Shown one piece after another: positions 13,576 to 24,998 of a stretch of DNA of 64,000 bases. Position numbers and translations under genes: made by a program. A model generated the notes under the pieces. It saw only the letters and a list, made by a program, of their open reading frames with translations, was not told the DNA's origin and searched no databases. Each line of letters opens with the position of its first letter. Positions within the stretch are counted from its first letter, which is position 1. This stretch comes from Paraspadella gotoi. Lineage: Eukaryota; Animalia; Chaetognatha. The stretch spans positions 240,161 through 304,160 of the forward strand of contig JBJCIZ010000282.1 of assembly GCA_051294375.1 (NCBI GenBank), read 5' to 3'.

Positions 13576-13701
13576 GCAACGCCACTGCCGTCGCTGCCGC
13601 TGCCGCTGCTTTGTATCCTCATCTTACTAGTCTGTCTTCAAATTCGGCTTCTAAACTCGCATTTGCTGCTGTCGCCGCGGGAAACCCATCATCCTTTTCA
13701 G
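13576..13701 (+). CDS. Putative internal exon, Ala-rich (GNATAVAAAAAALYPHLTSLSSNSASKLAFAAVAAGNPSSFS)
   Basis: CTCTCTTTAG acceptor, CAG|GTAAAT donor, 126 nt, GC-rich island in AT-rich DNA. Poly-Ala is common in transcription factors and RNA-binding proteins. Gene not identified. Confidence 0.65.
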
Positions 13702-14280
13702 GTAAATTGAGGTCATTATTAAAGTTAAATTTAAAGCTTTCTGAATGATATCAAAGATGTTAAGATTAAGTACAAATAAATTGAAAGCCGCCTCGGAAAA
13801 AAATCTACTAAACAAAAATGCCTAAAGGCTTTAAAAATTTAGAAAAAGAAACTTTTAGAAAACGTTATATATCTCTTTGTCGCTTTCTCTTTTTTTTCTC
13901 TCTAAGAATTCTTTTAGTTTTAGACCAGATATTTTATGGTCACTGGTCCTTTTTTGTACTGGTTTCTAGAACTCAAAAATTAGGAAATAGACATTCTTTA
14001 AATAGATGGGATCGTCTGAAAGTCAATTTCTACGGGTTTTTAGAAGTATTATTGTACTAAATAATCGCCAATAATAGAGCTCCCAGAAATATACATTTAG
14101 GAAAGTTCCTGATACCTGCAAAGTTTCTTGTGCCAAATTTAGTGGAAAAAACGAATATCACAATAAAAAATTTCCCTGGATGCTCATTATGGATTTTCCA
14201 CGCCAATTTTTGCGTAAAAACACTTGCGGTTTTAAAAATTCAGGATTTTTGGATACAAATAAGCTGTTATTCAGCCAGCA

Positions 14281-16127
14281 TACTTAAATTAATCAAAATA
14301 AAGTTAGCAATAACCTTAATATTACATTTTTGTTTTGGTTTATAAATAAGGTTATAAAAATATTATTACAAAAGGCTTTTAGTTAAATATTCATATTTTT
14401 TTAAGCCAAATTGGCCCTGACCAAACCACTCCACTAATTTTAATAAAATTTTACTCTCTGGTTAAACAGATAAAACTGTCTAGGGGATTTTAAATCTTTA
14501 ATCTTTAAACCAAGATATTGGCCTTTAAAAAGTTTACAAAGTGATGCAAAAAGAAAGTAGCGAATTAGATGGAAGGCGACTTTGCCTTTGCAGCTAGCAA
14601 GCCTCTCACTCAAGCCTAACCCTAAACCGAGCCCTAAGCAAAACCTTATTCTTAATCAGTTTCCCTGGTTTGGGATATCTAACCTAACCCTAGCCCTAAC
14701 CCTAACGTGGGCTTCTTGTCTCACCCCAAGTGTAAATCTTAACCCGAGCAGCCTCTCCCCTAAATTTAACTTAAGCTAGTGTACTTCAACTCTAACCCTA
14801 ATATATGTCATGCAAGCCTCTCCCTTACCACTAACCCTAACTCAGGCATCCCTGCCTCCCGACCATCAATAAGGCCAAACTTTAATCCTTAATTTCTTTC
14901 CTCAGTACCTTCCCTAACCCTAACCCAAGCTTCCTGTCCTTTTCTGAGCCTGTCCAAATTGCAAAAATGCAATACTTAATCATGGCAACCTGGCCAAATG
15001 ATAATTTTGCTGTTAGCTATATCTGTGCCATTAAGGTTGAGGAGGGGTAGGGCAAGGCTTGCTGATAGACAGGAGGCCTGAATAAGGGTTAAGGTTGGGA
15101 AAGGTACTGGTCAGGGATGTTAGGGATTAAGGTTTAGCCTTGGCAATGGCTATGAGGCTGGGTTAGGATTGAAGTTGAGGGAAAGGGATGGACAGGAATT
15201 GGCAAAGGCTGTGAGGTTAGGGTTGAGGGAAAGGCTTGTATGAGGGACTACTCTCACCCTAATATCTGTCATGAAAGCCTCTCCCTCAACACTAAACCAA
15301 GCTCAGGCATCCCTGCCTCCCGGCCATCAACTCAGGCATCCCTGTCTCCCGGCCATCAATAAAGCCAAACTTTAATCCTTAATTTCCTTCCCAAGTACCT
15401 TCCCAAACCCTAACCCAAGCTTCCTGTCCTTTTCTGAGCCTTTCCAAATTGCAAAATCGCAATACTTAATCAGGCTTGTACGAGGAACATTAAGATTAGG
15501 GTTGAGGCTTGCAAATGAATAAAAAGCCTGGACTAAGGTTTAGAATGGGGGAGAGGTCCACAGGTAATTCTAGAGTTTGGGTTCTAATTTGGTGTGAAAT
15601 AGGAGGCTCATGTTAAGATTAAGGTTATCAAAGTAGCTTGCTGGAGAAGTCATGAGCTGAAAAGACTTATTATGACCTGGTTTAGGGTTAAGGTTGAGTG
15701 GGAGGCTTGCTAGCCACGAAGGCCAAAGCGCCTTCTATCTAATTTGCTACTTTATCTTTACATTATTTGGCAAACCTTTGAAGGCCATCTTGGCTTAACC
15801 TTAAGGATTAAATATTTAAAATCCCTTAGAGAGTTCTATTTGTATAACCAAATCTGCAGGAATAAGTTTGATTTGTTTGTGACAACGATTTGTTTTATTT
15901 CATAGAATAAAACAAATCTTTGTCACAAACATACCAAACTTATTCCTGAAAATTCCTAAAGCTACGAAACAAAAGGATTACACAATACTTTCTTATAAAA
16001 TCTTAATAGAATTTGTAGAGTAATTTGGTCAGGGACGATTTTGTTTAAAATCATAATTTTTTAATCTTATTTATAAACCACAACAAAAAAATTAGTAATA
16101 AGGTTATTATTTTAATTAATTTAAGTA
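14281..16127. mobile_element. Old fold-back element with long imperfect inverted arms and degenerate CCCTAA/TTAGGG modules, within a putative intron
   Basis: TACTTAAATTAA.. at 14281 versus ..TTAATTTAAGTA at ~16127. 14540-14630 is the inverted counterpart of 15680-15765. Internal direct repeat at ~14815-14985 and ~15275-15472. Confidence 0.7.
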
Positions 16128-16212
16128 TTCCAGCTACAGAAAGTTTGACTTGGAGTATGACAACGATTTGATTTTATTAGCAAAAACAGATATGTTTCGG
16201 TTTTGCTTGCAG

Positions 16213-16382
16213 AATATAAGGTGATAGACAGACGCGGGTCTATTACCCCCTCCTTCTCATTCACCTCCTCTTCATCATCCTCCCAGGGATTCGGGGCCGC
16301 GTTCACTAGATTCAGTTCACCTTTTCTCTCTTCTCCTTCTAGTTTCTTCCCTTTTTTTACCCTCATGATTGTCGCCGTATAA
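16213..16382 (+). CDS. Putative terminal exon (EYKVIDRRGSITPSFSF...MIVAV*) followed by a 3'UTR-like region to ~18000
   Basis: TTTTGCTTGCAG acceptor, open in the phase left by the 13576-13701 exon, TAA at 16380. An 8-nt microexon using GT at 16221 is an alternative reading. Confidence 0.4.
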
Positions 16383-16807
16383 ATTTTCCTGCCGTCAATA
16401 TATATTTTCCCGCATTTTCGTGACTTTACTTCCGGTTAGGATACCTTTTCAGAGTGACGCTCAATTGTGTTGCTCGAACATATAACCACGAAAAGAAAAC
16501 CTCCAGGATGTGCTCCACCGACTGATTTAGAAAACCGGAGAAACAAAAAATAAAAAGACCGAAAATGAAGAAAAAAAAATCTGAAAACTTTTTTTCCAAT
16601 TTTTAAAAAAAAAATTAAAAGTAAAAAAAACAAACAAAGAAACAAACAACAAAAACGACTTTAAATTTGGATTAAATTTTAATTTTTCCATCCCCAACCC
16701 AAACCTTTTTGTGTATTGCCAACAAAAAAATTTTATCGCATTTCTTCTTCCATTTTTTTTTCTCGTCGCTTCCCCCATCGCGGTTAGAGACTAACTTTCC
16801 TTTGCGG

Positions 16808-16872
16808 CGTATCGCATATCGTATCGTATCATATATCATATCGTATCGCATATCGTATCGCGTATCGCATCG
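16808..16872 (+). repeat. (TCGYA/TCATA)n pentamer microsatellite
   Basis: CGTATCGCATATCGTATCGTATCATATATCATATCGTATCGCATATCG... Confidence 0.8.
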
Positions 16873-18537
16873 ATTTGAACGAGATTTCTTTTTCCTCTCT
16901 CTCGATCACTACGCCGTCGTCATCCCTCCCCCTTCACGCCTCCCGTCGCCATCAACATTGATTCCCCCCCCCCGTTTTCTCGTTTCCTATTTTCTCAAAT
17001 CTCTTCGATCGTTTGCGTCGGAACCGGGAGTGACGACTCTTAATCGAATTCGATCTTCGTTCAGCTACACTGCGGCGCCATTTTTAATCGCCGGCGCCAC
17101 CGCCGCCGTCTCTATCCTCTAAAACCCTCGTCTCCACCTTCTCCCTATCGTTGGCTCCGTTCCTTCCGATGCTTCTCTTAATAAAACGATCGTTTTACCG
17201 ATTTTCGATCATCATCTAGAAAAGCTAAAGTCGAATATAAAAATAGCGAAAAAAAAGAAACTAAACTAAACTAATAAAACTTTATAAAGAAATTAAAAGC
17301 GAAACAAAAAGATTCTTTTCTCCCCTTCCTCTGACGTCGATTTATTTCTTTTTTCGTTTCGACCAAAAAGAAATCTTAAAACTCAAACCCTTGGTGCCGA
17401 GAAGTTGAGAAAAGACCCATCAGTTACTGAAAAATGCCAACTAAAAAAAATCACCTCGACAATTGCTATGTCCCGCTTTCTACATCCCAGAATCGACGTC
17501 GATCTTCCCCTCTCCCGTGCGCCCCCCCACACTCCCCCACCCAAAAACTTGTAAAAGAAAAAATAAGCGAAATTCAAAAAAAAAAAAAAAAAAAAAAAAA
17601 TAAAAGAAAACAGGTGGCATTCTCCCTCACAAAATGTACTGCAAATTTTTTTCGCGCGAACTCGATCGCAGTTTTTCTCTTTTCTTCTCTTTCTGTGATC
17701 CGTTTCCCCAACGATGAACCTCCCCTCTCTCCCCATCTCCCCTTCTTGCTGCTCCCCGCCCCTCTCTCCCCCAAATCGAAGATGCTCTCTCTGCGGTCCG
17801 TCGAGTCACCTTTGGTTTTGCTCTCGACCCGTTAATCATCGCGGCTCGCCGTCGAAAAATTATAAAGTTTTAGTGACGAAATAAAAAGAAAATAATTTTT
17901 CCGACGAATTCGAGGCTCGAATCTCCGTCGTCAACTGTCTCTCCCATTTGACGGATCGAAAACAAAAAGTTCGATTTAAAGGAAAGAGCCGCGATCTTTC
18001 GTAAGTTTGAAAATTCGCGATCGTCTGTCATCATCGGTGCCAATTATCATCCCTCTTTGTCGGTTCTTCGTGAAATCCTGTCCACTGTCAACATTTCAGA
18101 CAAACCTGTCGGTGGTGGACCTGCTAAAGGCTGTCAGTCACTGACACAGCTGATTTATCTGTCAGGGATTATGTCAGAGATTATGTAAAAAAATTATGTC
18201 AGAGATTTTTCTGTCAGAGATTATGCCGCAGCTTTTGTCATTCAACTGTGTGAAAAGAGGTCAGTCTTTAATGCTGAAAACATTTGTCATCTAAAGTCAG
18301 TCATTGCCAAACAAATTGAGAGAGAACTAAAGCCAATCAAATTATTTGGCCTAGTGTAATTAATAACAACAACTTTGCCTATTTTAATNNNNNNNNNNNN
18401 NNNNNNNNNNNNNCAACTTTGCCTATTTTAATGTAGTTACATCAATGCTGCAACAAGCTTTGAATCAAAATGATCCTAAGTTGTAGTTCATTCAAATAGC
18501 GATGTCGCCGGCGATTTCACGCACGAGTTGCAGGTGT

Positions 18538-20719
18538 GGTTCTAGTTGGTTGGCGACTTCGCCATGGCGATATCGCCAGGGCTTTGGCGATGTCGCCAGT
18601 CCCCCCACTGGCGACCTCGCCAGTGATAAAAGTAGCAAATATAATGAAAAGCGCAGCTAACACGGGATGAGCATCACCTTCAGGCTCCTCTCCAACCCTA
18701 ACCCTAAACCAAACCTCCCGTTCAACTCTGTGCCTCTCCCCTAACCCTAACCCGGGCCTGGGCTCCCGTACATCTCCATGCCTCAACCCTAACCCTAACC
18801 GCCTTGATGCATCAACCACGGCCCCTCCCCAACCTAACCCTAAACCAACCTTCTGTTCAACTCTGTGCCTCTCCCCTAACCCTAACCCAGGCTCAGCCTC
18901 CGTACATCTCCGTGCCTCAACCCTAACCCTAACCGCCTTCGATGCATCAACCACGGCCCCTCCCCAACCCTAACCCTAAACTAAGCCTCCCGTTCAACTC
19001 CATGCCTCTCCCCTAACCCTAACTCAGGCCCAGCCTTCCGTACATCTCCGTGCCTCAACCCTAACCCTAACCGCCTTCGATGCATCAACCATGGGTCCCT
19101 CCCGCAACCCTAACCCTAAACCAAGCCTCCCGTTCAACTCCATGCCTCTCCCCTAACCTAAACCAGGCCCGGCTCCGTACATCTCCGTACCTCAACCCTA
19201 ACCCTAATTGCCTTCGATATATAACCCACGGGCCTCTCTCCCAACCCTAACCCTAAAACCGGGCCCAGGCCTCCCGTACATCTCCTTACCTCAACCCTAA
19301 CCCTAATTGCCTTCGATATATAACCCACGGGCCTCTCTCCCAACCCTAACCCTAAACCGGGCCCAGGCCTCCCGTACATCTCCGTGCCTCAACCCTAACC
19401 CTAACGCGGGCCTCTTGGTCATCACAACACCCTGCCCTACCCTATCCCTACAATTGACATTAATAATAAGCCTAAAATAAACTTAACTTAACTCAACCCT
19501 AACCTAACCCTAAACTACTCAACCCTAACCCTAAACTACTCAACCCTAACCCTAACTACTACTACTCAACCCTAACCCTAAACCAACTCAACCCTAACCC
19601 TAACCCTAATCTGAGTTTATTTTAGGCGAAATCGCCATAACTAGAACGCTAGATGTAGTTCAGTGCGAAATCGCCAAATCGCGACTTAGCCATGACGCCC
19701 TCGCCATTTGGCGATTTAGCTGTGAACTACATCTAGCGTTCTAGTTATGGCGATTTCGCCTAAAATAAACTCAGATTAGGGTTAGGGTTAGGGTTGAGTT
19801 GGGTTTAGGGTTAGGGTTGAGTAGGTAGTAGTTAGGGTTAGGGTTGAGTAGTTTAGGGTTAGGGTTGAGTAGTTAGGTTAGGGTTGAGTAGTTTAGGGTT
19901 AGGTTGAGTTAAGTTAAGTTATTTTAGGCTTATTATTAATGTCAATTTTAGGGATAGGGGTAGGGAGGGTGTTGTTGATGACCAAGAGGCCCGCGTTAGG
20001 GTTAGGGTTGAGGCACGGAGATGTACGGGAGGCCTGGCCCGGTTTAGGGTTAGGGTTGGGAGAGAGGCTCGTGGGTTATATATTCGAAGGCAATTAGGGT
20101 TAGGGTTGAGGTACGGAGATGTACGGGAGGCCTGGGCCCGGTTTAGGGTTAGGGTTGGGAGAGAGGCCCGTGGGTTATATATCGAAGGCAATTAGGGTTA
20201 GGGTTGAGGTACGGAGATGTACGGGAGGCCGAGCCTGGTTTAGGGTTAGGGAGAGGCATGGAGTTGAACGGGAGAGCTTGGTTTAGGGTTAGGGTTGCGG
20301 AGGACCCATGGTTGATGCATCGAAGGCGGTTAGGGTTAGGGTTGAGGCACGGAGATGTACGGAAGGCTGGGCCTGAGTTAGGGTTAGGGAGAGGCACAGA
20401 GTTGAACGAAGGCTTGGTTTAGGGTTAGGGTTGGGGGAGGGGCCCGTGGTTGATGCATCAAGGCGGTTAGGGTTAGGGTTGAGGCATGGAGATGTACGGG
20501 AGGCCCAGGCCCGGGTTAGGGTTAGGGGAGAGGCACAGAGCTTGAACGGGAGGTTTGGTTTAGGGTTAGGGTTGGGAGAGGAGCCTGAAGGTGATGCTTC
20601 ATCCCCGTGTTAGCTTGCGCTTTTCATTATATTTGCTACTTTTATCACTGGCGAGGTCGCCAGTGGGGGGACTGGCGACATCGCCAAAGCCCTGGCGATA
20701 TCGTCAACCAACTAGAACC
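18538..20719. mobile_element. ~2.2-kb fold-back palindrome of a telomere-like minisatellite element (CCCTAA-rich left arm, TTAGGG-rich right arm)
   Basis: Arms 18538-19662 and 19723-20719 are inverted copies around a 60-nt imperfect centre. Arms consist of AACCCTAACCCTAA anchors separated by GC-rich spacers. Confidence 0.9.
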
Positions 20720-21696
20720 TCAAGACCAAACTTAATCAAATATAGGCAGCAGTGTAAAAAGACATGTTGTGATTAATGGTGAATTTAATATAAAATTTAG
20801 TGTGAAAAGTAAAAATATACTTAAAGAGAAAGTAAAGGCATCAAAGATGTCAAGATGGAGCTCTAGGAGCTTCTTTAGCTTCTTCTTCTATGCAAAAATA
20901 CAAGCTCATATTGGCAAGTTGATTGACCAGTTGACTATTGGCAAACTGACAGTTCTAATCCTAAAAGGCATTGTAGTGACAAAAGAATAAACCCAAAAGT
21001 TGCAAATAGCTCTTCTCCAGCGGATGAACGCTCATTTAAGAAGAGATCAATATATAATTAGAGCAAGAACAAGAAAATGAGATAATGAAGTCTCGCCGAA
21101 AAAATTGAAAAACACGAAAAAAAAAACTCACTCTCCTCCTCCCAACTAATCACTTCTTCATCTCCTTGATGCTGGAAAATCGCCATTGTAATAATTCATG
21201 CCTCCTCAAAAGTAGAAGTGACCTTAGTAATCAAAACATGAAGTTGAACCTTAGACACTGTGAAATTGTAAATTACAATAATCATCAATATCATCTAACA
21301 AATGAATTGAAACTAAATCACCAATATTAATCACCATGATATATCACCACTCCGACCCATCGTCTTGTTTTCTATGTTCTCCCCTCAACTATATCGCCAA
21401 ATTATCACCACAACCAAATACAAACTTTAATCACCTTTGTTTTCGCATATCATTGCCAACCCCATCTTATTAAGATTGTGACCCCGAGCATTCACGAGAT
21501 AGTTCACCTTCTCTCCTCTCCTTCTAGTTTCTCCCCTTTTTTACCCTCATGATTGTCGCCATATAGATTTCTCTGCCGTCAATATATATTTTCCCGCATT
21601 TCATCTCGTGACTTTACTCCGGTTAGGATACCTTTTCAGAGGCTTGAAAGCCTTCATCAGCGTTAACATTTGTTGCCAGTTGAATAACAGCTTCAG

Positions 21697-24478
21697 TTTA
21701 GTCGGATCTGCTTATCAGCAGATCCCGACTCTATAACTCACTTTTTCGGTCCGTCGGTCCGCCCCCTCAATATTGTCGGGCACACACTTATATCAATGTC
21801 AGAAAACAACGAATTATGATAAATTATGCAAAAAAAATGATAGTCCGTCGTGCCGTCCGTCCGTCCGTCCACCTTAGCAAAAAACTCCAATACCCGTGAT
21901 TGGATGGATGGATTGTATGAAATTTTGTGTGTGGTAGGAAACTGTGTGATTGAGATGGATATGAAGTTTCGAGGAATCGTGCGAGTGGAAATTGGTTTAA
22001 ATGGAAAAAACAAAAAAATAGTATTTCACTATTTGAACGCCAATTGCTCATGAGTGATAGTGCAATTGACTTGAAATTTTGTATGATGGTAGGAAAGTGT
22101 GTGATTGAGCCGGATATAAAGTTTCGATGGAATCGTGCGAGTGGAAATGAGTTAAAATGGAAAAACAAAAGTCATATTACTTGAAGTATTTTTACTTAAA
22201 TTTACTCATAATTATTTTGTTTATTAAAAATTGGATAGATAAATCGAAATTGAATTTTGTGTGTGGGTAGGAAAGTATGTGAATAAAGCTGGATAAAAAT
22301 TTTTTGATGGAATCGAGGAGTGGAAAAAAGTTCAAATTAGAAAAACCCACAGACACATTTATTTGAATTTTTTTAAAGTTTCTTTCTCTCTTTCTCTGAT
22401 TGATTGATGATTGATTGATTGATTGATTGATTGACCCAAATTATGCCCAGTTGACCTATAATTTCTGCAAGTTATCAAGTTTTGCAAGTTGACCAAATTA
22501 TGCCTGTTGACCAAATAGGCTAGTTGATAAAATTATGCCAGTTAACCAAATTATGCCGGTTGACCAAATTATCTTAATTGATCAAATTATGTCAGTGACC
22601 AAATTATGTCAGGACCATATTATGTCAGTAGACAAATATGTCAGTTAACCAAATTATGTCAGTTGACCAAATTATGCAAGTTGATTAAATTATGCAAGTT
22701 GACCAAGATAGCTTATTAACCCTTAATTATCGATTGACCTGCAATTTTGTATGTGAGTAGAAAAGTGTGTGATTGAACAGGAAACCAAGTTTCGATGGAA
22801 TCTTTTGAGTGGAAATGAGTTTAAATGGAAAAAAACAAAAAACCTGTTTCACTAATTGATTATGCTTCTTTTTTCCTTTTATATTAAATGTATATGCAGG
22901 ATGTATTAATAATCAAATAATTAATCAGTTAATTAATCAATTAGTCAATTAATTAATCAATAATTAATTAATCAGTCAATCAATCCGTCCATCCGTCCCA
23001 CCTTAGCAAAAAGCTCCAATAACTCGTGATGGCTGGTTGGATTAAAATGAAATTTTGTGTGTGGGTAGGAAGTGTGTGATAAAGCTTGGATATAAAGTTT
23101 TCGACGGAATCGTGTGAGTGGAAATGAGTTTAAGTGGAAAAAACATAAGTCGCATTTACTAAAATCTTTTTACTTATTTTAACCAATAAGTACTCTAATT
23201 AATCATAATTGGATGGATAGATTGAGTTCAAATTTTTGTGTGGGTAGAAAATGTTTATCGATGCTTGATATAAAGTTTCGGTGGAAACGTAACGAGTGGA
23301 AATGAGTTTAAATGAAAAAAAATATGAGTCACATTTACTTGAATACTTTTTACTTATTTTAACCCATAATAAGATTGAGATGAAATTTTCGTGAGGTCGG
23401 GTAGGAAAGTGTGTGAAAAGCTAGCATATAAAGTTTGACGGAATTGTGACAGTGCGAAATGAGGTTTAAATGAAAAAAAAAAAGTCACACTTTACTTTGA
23501 AGCAGAAAAATGATACAGAGTTAAAAAAAATTAAAAGCATAAGATCGTCGCAAATTGCAAATGAGAGAGAGAGAGAGAGAGAGACGAGAGAGAGCATGTA
23601 AAATAGGCATAAGGATCCTCGCAATTTCAAGAAAGAGAGTAGAGATGAGAGAGAGAGAGAGAGAGAGAGATAGAAAGAGAGAGGTCCGAATAAAAATTAG
23701 CGAGAATAAAAAAGTTGTTATTTTACTCACTGAATAAATAATACTTAAAATACTTTACAAAAATACATTAAAATTGATAAATTATATTCCGATAACATTG
23801 TTTAACACATGCAATATATCTAGTAACGCCTAAATATCTAGTAAGCGGGCCAAAATTGAACACTTTTATAACTTCTAGTTCTCGTTAAATTTTTTTTTCC
23901 TTTTTACTACTAAAATCGATTTTCAATATAACTTTTTGAATTTAGTTCATTGGGTTTGTTGCACTGAAGCTTTTAAAATTTATTAATATATATAATAATA
24001 TATTAAAGTTATGACGGAAATTGTGCCAGGGAAATGAGTTTAGATGGAAAAAAACATAAGTCACATTTACTGAATCTTAATATTAATGATACTAATAATA
24101 TGTTTTAATTAATTAATGAATTAATAATAATTAATGTGAAAAATGATGGCAAGTTAAAAAAAATCTGAAAAGCATAAAGATCGTCGCCAATTCAGAAAAA
24201 GAGAGAGGAGAGAGAGAGAGAGTGAGTTGAGAGAGAGAGAGAGAAGGAGACATAAAATAAAATAGAGGATAATTTGTTTGTTTTGATAAAATGTAAAAAC
24301 AAAACATATTTTAATTAAACTGTCCTAACCCAATTTAAGGACATCGATGAATGATAAGTTGAAATATAAATTTAAAATTAATTATTACATATTAAATTAA
24401 TTAATTAATTTAATCGATTAATTAATTAATTAATTAATTATCCGTAGTCAGATCCGAATTGTATGCTCAAACTTGTTT
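21697..24478 (+). mobile_element. Helentron-associated non-autonomous element (HINE/DINE-1-like) with internal tandem arrays
   Basis: 5' TTT-AGTCGGATCTGC..GCAGATCCCGACT hairpin, GTCC microsatellite (21843-21870), repeated GAAATTTTGTGTG..GGTAGGAAAGTGTGTGA..AGTGGAAATGAG modules, 19-bp array at 22430-22720, and 3' CAGATCCGA sub-terminal repeat followed by ..CTCAAACTTGTTT. Confidence 0.75.
22430..22720 (+). repeat. 19-bp minisatellite (TTGACCAAATTATGYCAG-like)
   Basis: About 15 tandem copies visible. Confidence 0.9.
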
Positions 24479-24712
24479 ATTGTCGATATTCGTTTTCTCC
24501 ACTAATTTTGCACAAGAAACTTTGCAGGTATCAGGAACTTTCAAAAATGCCAGAGAAAACAAAGTTTGTTTTTTGATAACAATGATTTTGTATTTATATC
24601 AGGACATGTTTTTTGCTCTTGTTTTAAGGAACAGGACACAGTGGTTAGTATTGAGGCAGTGAAGGTAAGAGGAAAGAGAAAGAGGAAAGTGCGTGTGAAA
24701 TTATGAATGGTG

Positions 24713-24998
24713 TGTAGAAGACGAAGAATGTAATAATAAATATGCAAGAGAGAGTGAAGAATATGTGACGAAGAGTAAGAAAGTAGAAAAGAAGTGAGTC
24801 TAGCTCTCTCCTGATCCACTTTTATCATGCCGGACACAACCTTGACCTTAGCGTCGCCTCGGCCCTATTACTGTGTCCGGTCAATCTAAGGTCATTGCAA
24901 GCTAGGGCAAAGTGACCGTAGTGGAATAAGACCGGCTCGAAGAAAGAGGAGAGAGGAAGGGTTTAGAGAGAATTGAGACCGAAGGTAAGTGCGCCTCA
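24713..24998 (-). repeat. 3' LTR
   Basis: Direct repeat of 31267-31565, abutted by the PPT at 24999-25008. Confidence 0.92.

Noticed and set aside
18370-18432. Direct repeat CAACTTTGCCTATTTTAAT
   Set aside because: It flanks an N gap, so it is likely a contig overlap artefact.
19490-19910. True telomere or chromosome-fusion site
   Set aside because: No long pure (TTAGGG)n tract, and the polarity is opposite to a fusion.
18690-20580. CRISPR-like repeat-spacer appearance
   Set aside because: The spacers recur cyclically, the repeat is telomeric, the context is eukaryotic and there are no cas genes. It is a minisatellite.
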